This document shows positions 1-7,053 of a stretch of 64,000 nt of DNA, one piece after another. The notes under the pieces were generated by a model. It saw only the letters and a program-made list of their open reading frames with translations, did no database searches and was not told the origin of the DNA. The position numbers and the translations under genes were made by a program. The stretch is from assembly GCA_963791615.1 (NCBI GenBank), contig CAWBTE010000005.1:136033-200032 (forward strand), in the 5' to 3' direction. Position 1 is the first letter of the stretch. Each line of letters opens with the position of its first letter. The stretch comes from an uncultured Pseudomonadota bacterium (GTDB lineage Bacteria > Pseudomonadota > Gammaproteobacteria > Steroidobacterales > Steroidobacteraceae).

Positions 1-1631
1 AGCTGTAATGCGCTGATCCAGTTGCTGCGCAGCGGCGCTGGGCTGGTGATGCGCATTGGCAAGCAACCTGCGCGACAGCCACGGCGTGATGATCAATGCG
101 ACCGCCAGCGAAATCAGCATGCCCATGCTGGCATTGATGGGGATGGGACTCATGTACGGCCCCATCAGGCCACTGACAAAGGCCATTGGCAGCAGAGCTG
201 CTATAACAGTAAACGTCGCCAGAATCGTCGGGCCACCAACTTCATCCACTGCGTGCGGCACGACCTTCGCCGGATCACTATTATCTCCACTTCGATTCAA
301 GGCAAAGTGCCGGTGAATGTTCTCCACCACCACGATGGCGTCGTCCACCAGAATGCCAATCGAGAAAATCAAAGCAAACAAAGACACCCGATTGATAGTG
401 AAGCCGTAAGCCCACGATGCAAATAGCGTCGCTGCCAGCGTGACAACAACCGCCGTACCGACTGTGACTGCTTCGCGCCAGCCCACCGCAACCACCACCA
501 GCACAATGACCGACAAGGTTGCAAAGACCAGCTTCTGGATCAGTTTCTGCGCCTTGTCATTGGCGGTCTCGCCGTAGTTGCGCGTAACCGTGTATTCCAC
601 CCCTTCCGGTATGAAGCTGTTGCGCAGTGACTGCATTCGTAGCAGCACATTATCGGTAATGTCCTTGGCATTGCGGCCCGCCTGTTTGGAAACGGCAATG
701 GTCACTGCGGGCGATTCAATGCCTGCCAGCGCACCAGCTGCCGGGCCATTGGCATGTTTCACATACTGTTCCGGCTGATCCGGACCCCGACGAATTTCGG
801 CGACATCCTGCAGATAAACTGGTTTGCCGTTATTGAGCCCGACGATCAAGATTGGCGACGTCTTCGCTGCGCGCGAAGAAATTCACCGGCATGTACCGGC
901 GTGCTCTGGTTGTTGGCGGTGACGTTGCCAGTGTCGAGTGCAACATTGGCGGCAGACAGCGCTGTTTGCAGATCAAGCGCCGTCAGGCCGAAGCCGGACA
1001 ATCGCGATGGATCGAGCAACACATGCACCGTGTCATCAGGGCCACCGATGCTGTACACATTGCGGGTGCCCGGCACGCGCTTCAGTTCAGCCTCAATGGA
1101 ATGCGCCACCTGCTTGAGTTCCTGCGCACCCCGCTGTGTATCGCGGGTCCACAGGGTCAAGCTCATGATCGGCACATCATCAATGCCCTTGGGTTTGATA
1201 ATGGTTCCATCACGCCCAAGACCTGCCGGTCGCCAGTCACGATTGGAATACACGGCGTTGTACAGGCGCACAATGGCTTCGTTGCGCGGCACGCCTACCT
1301 TGTACTGCACGGTAACGATGGCTACGCCCGGACGCGACACCGAGTAGATGTGCTCGACGCCTTCAATCTCACCCAGTACCTGTTCCATGGGCGAGGCCAC
1401 CAGTGACTCCACCTGCGCGCTGCTGGCACCGGGAAACGCCACGATGACATTGGCCATGGTCACATCGATCTGCGGCTCTTCCTCACGCGGCGTCACCAGC
1501 ACCGCGAACACGCCCAGCAACATCAGCGACAAGGCAATCAACGGTGTCAGTTCGTTATTGAGGAACAGCCGGGCCAGTCGGCCGCTGAATCCCAGCTTCT
1601 GGTCCGTGCCTGCGGTGCTCATCTCATTCAC
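1..1631 (-). pseudogene. RND (AcrB-type) efflux permease, N-terminal ~540 codons; runs off the window start; reading frame broken near 845-880
   Basis: ORF 846..1631 begins MNEMSTAGTDQKLGFSGRLARLFLNNELTPLIAL (RND N-terminus) and stops at TGA 846-848. My translation of a different minus-strand frame from ~878 to 1 has no stops and continues the RND homology (LIVGLNNGKPVYLQDVAEIRRG, LFALIFSIGILVDDAIVVVENIHRH). The start overlaps the stop of the upstream adaptor gene. Confidence 0.8.
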
Positions 1632-2715
1632 TCACACTGGCGGCGCTGCCGGCACTGAGCTGTGCGGCTGCGACCGGCTCCAGCACCACCTGATCACCCA
1701 CCGATAATCCAGCCAGCACTTCAACACGATCATTGAAGCGCTGACCGAGACGCAACTGACGCAAGGTCAATGCGTCATTCTTGCCACGCACATACACAGC
1801 GGTGACTTCACTGCGTGTCACCAGTGCGCTGAGCGGAATCAGCAGACGTTCTGCCTCGCCCACAACCAGCCCTACTTTTACAAACATGCCGGGATGCAGA
1901 TCAGTCGCATTCTCGGGCAGATTGGCGCGGGCCTGAAAGGTATGCGTATTGGCATCGGCTTGCGGAAATACGGTAAAGCTGGTGGCCTCGACACGCTTGT
2001 CTGTCGCACCGTCATTCACGTAAATGGCGGCCTTGCGAATGGCGCGTACTTTTTCGACCACACTTTGCGGCAGTTCAATATTCACGCGCAGGTATTGCAG
2101 TGACACGCCACTCATCAGTGCTGATCCCGGTTGCACAGTTTCGCCCACCTGCACATGACGCCGCGAAACAATGCCGGCATACGGTGCACGCACCTCGGTA
2201 TAGGCCAGCCCTTCGGAAGCCGATGACAATGCCGCTTTTGACGATGCCAGCTGCGCCTGTGCGGCATCGCGATTGGCCAGCGCCGTGTCGTATTCAGCTT
2301 TGGTAGCCACCTTGTCCTTGTACAGACCTTCCACGCGCGAAAACTGCTGCCGCGCTTCCTGTTCGCGACTGGTGGCTTGTTGCACGGCGGCTTGCGCCTG
2401 CTGCAAACCGGCACGCTGTTCGGTGGCGCGCAGGCGCATGATCACCGCGCCGGCCGGAACGAAATCATTCACATCATAGAAAATTTCCGTGATGCGGCCG
2501 GAGGTCTGTGCCGACACGGTGGCCTGATTGATGGCTTCGATGGTGCCATCCACCACGCGCTCCAGCGGCGCCTTCTCCAGCGCCATGATCTGTACCTTGA
2601 GCTGTGCAACGGCTGCGTCCGCAGCCGGCTGCTCGTCTTTTGACGAACAGCCGGCTGCAATTAGTAACACTGCGGGCAGCACTGCAGACACTATCCAGCT
2701 GGCTGGCTTGTTCAT
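1624..2715 (-). CDS. RND efflux periplasmic adaptor (membrane fusion protein, HlyD family), lipoprotein
   Basis: ORF 1624..2775. I prefer the ATG at 2715 (MNKPASWIVSAVLPAVLLIAAGC, lipobox LIAAGC). It has a coiled-coil hairpin (QQAQAAVQQATSREQEARQQF ... ANRDAAQAQLASSKAAL) and sits immediately upstream of the RND permease. Confidence 0.85.
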   Translation of the reverse strand: MNKPASWIVSAVLPAVLLIAAGCSSKDEQPAADAAVAQLKVQIMALEKAPLERVVDGTIEAINQATVSAQTSGRITEIFYDVNDFVPAGAVIMRLRATEQRAGLQQAQAAVQQATSREQEARQQFSRVEGLYKDKVATKAEYDTALANRDAAQAQLASSKAALSSASEGLAYTEVRAPYAGIVSRRHVQVGETVQPGSALMSGVSLQYLRVNIELPQSVVEKVRAIRKAAIYVNDGATDKRVEATSFTVFPQADANTHTFQARANLPENATDLHPGMFVKVGLVVGEAERLLIPLSALVTRSEVTAVYVRGKNDALTLRQLRLGQRFNDRVEVLAGLSVGDQVVLEPVAAAQLSAGSAASVSE

Positions 2716-2746
2716 GGGGTGTACCTTGATGCCGCAGGTATGGATT

Positions 2747-2947
2747 TCAGAATGCCGCGCCGGAACGTACGCCAAGCTTCTTCAGAATCATGGCCAGCGG
2801 GCAAAATCCGGTGAACGAAGACTGCAACAGGTTGGCGCCGACAAAGGCGGTCAACCAGTACCAGTTGGGGTGCACGTAGTGGCCCAGCGCCAGACTCACC
2901 AGAACAACTACACCCGCGAATCTCATTACGGCTTTATCGATTGTCAT
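2747..2947 (-). CDS. DUF2892 (YgaP C-terminal-like) small membrane protein
   Basis: ORF 2747..3016. Likely start is ATG 2947 (MTIDKAVMRFAGVVVLVSLALG), preceded by GAGGAAACA. It has two TM helices and the FTGFCPLAMILKKLG motif typical of DUF2892. Confidence 0.7.
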   Translation of the reverse strand: MTIDKAVMRFAGVVVLVSLALGHYVHPNWYWLTAFVGANLLQSSFTGFCPLAMILKKLGVRSGAAF

Positions 2948-3147
2948 GGCTGTTTCCTCATGTGGTTTCGAATGAGCCTGGTTGGTCAATATGGTTGATC
3001 CATATGACTGGTCCATATTGGCCCTCCCGGCTCTGTTACAAGATCAGTATCAATACCTACTGTCAGTCATGTCGCAGCGACGTCAATCAACCGCCGGGGC
3101 GGGATCGACCCGCACTGCTGCTGATCATGGATGACTGGCCGTCTTTA

Positions 3148-3165
3148 TATTAGTATTTGCTAATA
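3148..3165. promoter_or_regulatory. Inverted repeat TATTAG-N6-CTAATA in the divergent DUF2892/arsR intergenic region; candidate ArsR-family operator
   Basis: Read directly: tatTATTAGtatttgCTAATAcag at 3146-3168, about 50 nt upstream of the arsR start and inside an AT-rich patch. Confidence 0.35.
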
Positions 3166-3215
3166 CAGTCAACCCTAATGTAATATTCTGCCACTACCAA
3201 CCAACGGAGCCGACC

Positions 3216-3557
3216 ATGACCGCCCGCGCCACCGCCAAGCGCAGCAAAGCAAACAAGCCCATGGATATGGAGGACATGCTGGTGCACGCCGGTGAAGCCG
3301 CCGAATTTCTCAAGGCGCTGGCCAATGACCAGCGTCTGGCCATCCTGTGCAGCCTGCTGGACAAGCCCCTGTCTGTCGGCCAGATCAATGAGCGGGTGCA
3401 TCTCAGCCAGTCGGCCTTGTCACAACATCTGGCGGTGTTGCGTGAGCGCGAACTGGTCACGACGGAAAAGCAGGCGCAAACCGTCTATTACTCGGTGCCC
3501 AGGGGCAAGACGCGCCGCATCCTGAGCCTGCTGCATGAATGTTTCTGTGGCAGCTGA
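3216..3557 (+). CDS. ArsR/SmtB-family transcriptional repressor, BigR/SqrR/YgaV-like
   Basis: 113 aa. It has a winged-HTH core (FLKALANDQRLAILCSLLDKPLSVGQINERVHLSQSALSQHLAVLRERELV) and GGAG 7 nt upstream of the ATG. Cys in helix 2 (AILCSL) and in the C-terminal HECFCG sit at the positions used by BigR/SqrR persulfide sensors. Confidence 0.85.
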   Translation: MTARATAKRSKANKPMDMEDMLVHAGEAAEFLKALANDQRLAILCSLLDKPLSVGQINERVHLSQSALSQHLAVLRERELVTTEKQAQTVYYSVPRGKTRRILSLLHECFCGS

Positions 3558-3560
3558 ATC

Positions 3561-4580
3561 ATGCTCGCCGCTCTGGGTGCCCCAGGGTCTGTTAACCATG
3601 ATCCGATCGCTGCGACGGCGGTCAAAAGGACTCAGGACGCGGCGCACCGAGCGCGGTGTACTTAACGTACTCCAGCGAGGTGCAACAAAGTCCTGAGTCC
3701 TTTTGGCCCCGTCCCTCCGGGTTGGGCCTCTGAAAGCGCCATGCCGCGTTACTCGTCGCTTATTTGGAATGACCAAACCTCACTCCTCGCGCCTTGCCTG
3801 GCGCTTTCAGAGACTCCAACGCAGCGATCGGATCATGGTTAACAGACCCTAGTCATTGGCCTCAGTCTGGGGCTGCTGGGTTCAGGTGGATCAATTCTGA
3901 CTGTACCGGTACTGGTCTATCTGGTAGGCGAGCCGGAAAAGCTGGCCATTGCCGAATCCCTTGCCATCGTCGGCACCATTGCCGGCCTGGGCTCACTGAT
4001 GCATGCACGGGAAAAACATATCGACTGGCGCAGTGTCTGGCTGGTCGGGCCCTCGGCCATGATGGGTTCGTTTGCCGGCGCATGGCTGTCGCAGTGGCTG
4101 CGCGGTCGTGTGCAATTGCTGCTGTTCGCCGTAGTGATGCTGTTTGCAGCCTGGCGCATGTTCATGAATTCATGGAGCGGGACTGAACTGCAACCCAGCT
4201 ACTGCCGACCCTGGTGCCTGCTGGGCCTGGGAACGGGGATTGGTCTGCTGAGCGGACTGGTGGGTGTGGGAGGCGGCTTCCTGATCGTTCCTGCACTGGT
4301 GCTGCTGGGTGGACTGGCGATGCCGGTTGCGGTCGGCACCAGCCTGATGATCATCTGCCTCAGCTCATTCACCGGATTTGCCAAACATCTGCACCTGCTG
4401 CAAGCCAGCGGCACTACGCTTCACTGGCCGACACTGGGCATGTTTGTGCTGGTTGGCGCACTGGGCAGTCTCGCCAGCGTACCCATTGGAACCAGGCTGC
4501 CGCAGGTCAGACTGCAACAGACTTACAGTGTCATGGTGGTGCTGATGGCCGTATTCATTCTGTGGCACTCCTTGTCCTGA
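3561..4580 (+). pseudogene. TauE/SafE (DUF81) sulfite/anion exporter family gene, interrupted after codon ~8 by a 267-bp element
   Basis: ATG 3561 (MLAALGA..) lies 3 nt after the arsR stop. From 3852 the same frame reads VIGLSLGLLGSGGSILTVPVLVYLVGEPEKLAIAESL... through to the 193-aa track ORF (3999..4580, [15 protein letters not shown] motif). Between them, stops occur in all frames of the insert. Removing 3584-3850 gives a 250-aa ORF of typical TauE length. Confidence 0.8.
3584..3850. mobile_element. MITE-like non-autonomous element, 267 bp, perfect 31-bp terminal inverted repeats
   Basis: Left end AGGGTCTGTTAACCATGATCCGATCGCTGCG (3584-3614) is the exact reverse complement of 3820-3850. Internal arms: 3620-3638 pairs with 3690-3708 (18/19), and 3728-3741 pairs with 3799-3812 (14/14). 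Flanked by CCAG / CTAG. No credible ORF inside. Confidence 0.8.
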
Positions 4581-4588
4581 ACAGACTG

Positions 4589-7033
4589 TCAGAACTGCCA
4601 GCGATATCCTGCGTAGTAGAAGTAACGCGTGGTTTTCTGCGCGTTGATTGCGGCATCGCGCTTTGAAAGTTCGGCACCCGCTTCCAGCTCAAACTGCACC
4701 GTGCGTCTTTGCAGACCGATACGCAATGATGGCGCATACAACCACAGGGTACTGGCATCACTCTTGAACTCACGCCGGTCAATGCGCAGCTGCGGCCCGA
4801 GACGCCAGTCACTCCACACTGGCACACGACTGCTCAAGCCCAGCGAAGTCGTCGTCACCGAACCACCACTCTGCTGACGAATTCCGATGATATTGACATC
4901 CCCACTGCGCATGACGCTGGCGGCCAGCAGTTGCGCCGAGGCTATGAACTCCGGACCTTCTGCCGGAAACCCGTCCACTGCGGGAAACGCCGGGTCAATC
5001 GCCGAACCATCAGAGGGCGGCGCCGCGCCGGTTGAAATACTTTGCGTGGTAACCGACAACTGAAACCGCTCACCAATGGCTCGCGATGCAGTCAGGCTGT
5101 ACACACTGGTGTCCGGCGTACGATCCAGAGCCAGCTGCTTGATCTGTTCGTCATTGAAGGCGCTGTCAAGCGCATCCAGCGAACGCACTGGCTGGCCAAT
5201 CAGTGCATTGCGGGTGGTCACCAGCGGACTCTTGCGCTGCTCCAGATCGATATTGAGCGTCCAGCGTGCAGGCAGTTGCAGCGTACCCACCACCACAGCG
5301 CTGTTGAGCGCCTGAAAGTGCAGGTCATAGTCAAAGAAACCGATGAGTACCCGCCCGGGACGGAAATAGCGCAACTCGGCACCAACGGCCTGACGATCAA
5401 TCCTGCCTTCAAATGTCTGGTTGACCAGATAAACGCTGGGCTCCCACGCATCTGCAAACGTACCGAAATTGAATGACAGTGATTCAAACAGGCGTCTGCT
5501 GTTCAGGCCACTGCGCGCACTGTCCACCGGCATGCCAATGGTGACATCGGACGTGAAATGTGGATGCCACTGGTAACTGGCGAGCAGACCATCAAACGTT
5601 CCGAACGAGCCACTACCGGAACGATTCTGCCGGCCAAGGCTGCCATACCAGCCGCGATCACGATCCGACCACTCCACAAACGCATTGCTGACATGCACCT
5701 GATCGCCTGGACCATTCTGCAGCAAGTCCTTGTTGTAGCCGGCACTGACACGAATGCGGGTATCAGTTGCAAAACTGCGATAGCGTGCGGTCAGATCAAA
5801 ATCATTGAGCAGCGCGTGCTGGGTAATCTGGTCCTGAGTGGTGGCATCTACCGTAATGCGACTGTCATCGCGTCGATAGTACTGGGCCAGACCACCATTC
5901 AACTTCCAGACTCCCTCCTCATCATCATTGCCACCCGCTCCTGCACGTCCGGGCAACGTCGCAGTGCGCAAGGCGTTCAGGCGCTTTCTGACCCGATTGG
6001 CACGACGATCCCTGGGGAATTCACGCAGGAAAAGCTCGTACTCGGCTTGCGCATGCGCCAGTTCGCCGCTGCGTTCATGCGCGATGCCAAGCAACTCCTG
6101 CGCCTGGACGCGATACTTGCGACTGGAACGCGCCAGCAGCTTGGTCAGCAATTCGATGGCCGGCGCGTACTGCCTGCGACGAAATTGTTCATTGGCGCTG
6201 GACCACAGTGCATCGGCTTCCTTGTCGGTGATACGGGTGTCGGCAGCATCATCCGTTGTCGAACCGGCGGTGGTTTCTGATTCGAGCGTCAGATCCTGCT
6301 CATCCACCGCTTCGTCGGCAATAGCCAGCCAGGCACGCGGGTAACTATGCTGGGCAGCAAGCAAGGTACGCTCCGCGTCTTCACGCAACACGATAGGCCC
6401 GTAACGCAGGCGATACCAGCGCGCGCCGTCGATATCGACCTCAGAAGTATAGACCCGTGCACCAAGGGCATCCTGCGCCTGCCTGACTACCGTCTCCGCA
6501 AACGGCGTCAGCGATGACTCAAGATTGATGGCATACGCCGTCGCGACATCGGCAATGGGTACTTCATTGACCAGAATCCTGCCCGCCGCGCCAGCCGTTT
6601 CGCCACTGCGCAGAATGCGGATGCGCAGACCACGCTGATCATTGGTCGGCACCACCAGGAATTGTTGTGACAGACGCCAGCGGATCAGCAGTTCGGCGTC
6701 ACTGGCCAGCAGGGGTGACAGCTCGATGCTGCGCACCACGGCGGGCGCGGGTGTAACCAGCGACTCAACCCCTGAACGTGATGGACCGCAGTCACTGCCC
6801 AATGTGATTCGCACGCGCAGTTCAGCGCCCTGCTCTACCGGCGTGTGCGAGACATAGCGAACCGTGCAGGCAAAGCGGATGGTGAGGTCGTAGCGGGCGG
6901 GCGTCTCGGCAACATCGGCTTCATCGAGAACGCGTGATGGCGCCTGTGCCGATACCATCGAAAAATATCCGCATAGCAGCAACGTTGCCAGGCCAGTGAA
7001 TTGAGCAGAACTCAGATACTTCCGAGAACTCAT
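4589..7033 (-). CDS. Secreted outer-membrane protein: N-terminal domain, TPR-like segment, C-terminal beta-barrel
   Basis: ORF 4589..7057. The ATG at 7033 gives MSSRKYLSSAQFTGLATLLLCGYFSMVSAQA (signal peptide). TPR-like helices occur around YAPAIELLTKLLARSSRKYRVQAQELLGIAHERSGELAHAQAEYELFLREFP. The C-terminal ~420 aa have alternating beta-strand patterns and end YFYYAGYRWQF (aromatic terminal residue). Confidence 0.7.
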   Translation of the reverse strand: MSSRKYLSSAQFTGLATLLLCGYFSMVSAQAPSRVLDEADVAETPARYDLTIRFACTVRYVSHTPVEQGAELRVRITLGSDCGPSRSGVESLVTPAPAVVRSIELSPLLASDAELLIRWRLSQQFLVVPTNDQRGLRIRILRSGETAGAAGRILVNEVPIADVATAYAINLESSLTPFAETVVRQAQDALGARVYTSEVDIDGARWYRLRYGPIVLREDAERTLLAAQHSYPRAWLAIADEAVDEQDLTLESETTAGSTTDDAADTRITDKEADALWSSANEQFRRRQYAPAIELLTKLLARSSRKYRVQAQELLGIAHERSGELAHAQAEYELFLREFPRDRRANRVRKRLNALRTATLPGRAGAGGNDDEEGVWKLNGGLAQYYRRDDSRITVDATTQDQITQHALLNDFDLTARYRSFATDTRIRVSAGYNKDLLQNGPGDQVHVSNAFVEWSDRDRGWYGSLGRQNRSGSGSFGTFDGLLASYQWHPHFTSDVTIGMPVDSARSGLNSRRLFESLSFNFGTFADAWEPSVYLVNQTFEGRIDRQAVGAELRYFRPGRVLIGFFDYDLHFQALNSAVVVGTLQLPARWTLNIDLEQRKSPLVTTRNALIGQPVRSLDALDSAFNDEQIKQLALDRTPDTSVYSLTASRAIGERFQLSVTTQSISTGAAPPSDGSAIDPAFPAVDGFPAEGPEFIASAQLLAASVMRSGDVNIIGIRQQSGGSVTTTSLGLSSRVPVWSDWRLGPQLRIDRREFKSDASTLWLYAPSLRIGLQRRTVQFELEAGAELSKRDAAINAQKTTRYFYYAGYRWQF

Positions 7034-7053
7034 CAACGCTGGGCTCTGCTCGA

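Noticed and set aside
3420-3776. 118-aa minus-strand ORF inside the MITE-like element
   Set aside because: It spans the arsR 3-prime end and the palindromic element, has an Arg-rich nonsense composition, and has no RBS. It is better explained as a chance ORF in self-complementary DNA.
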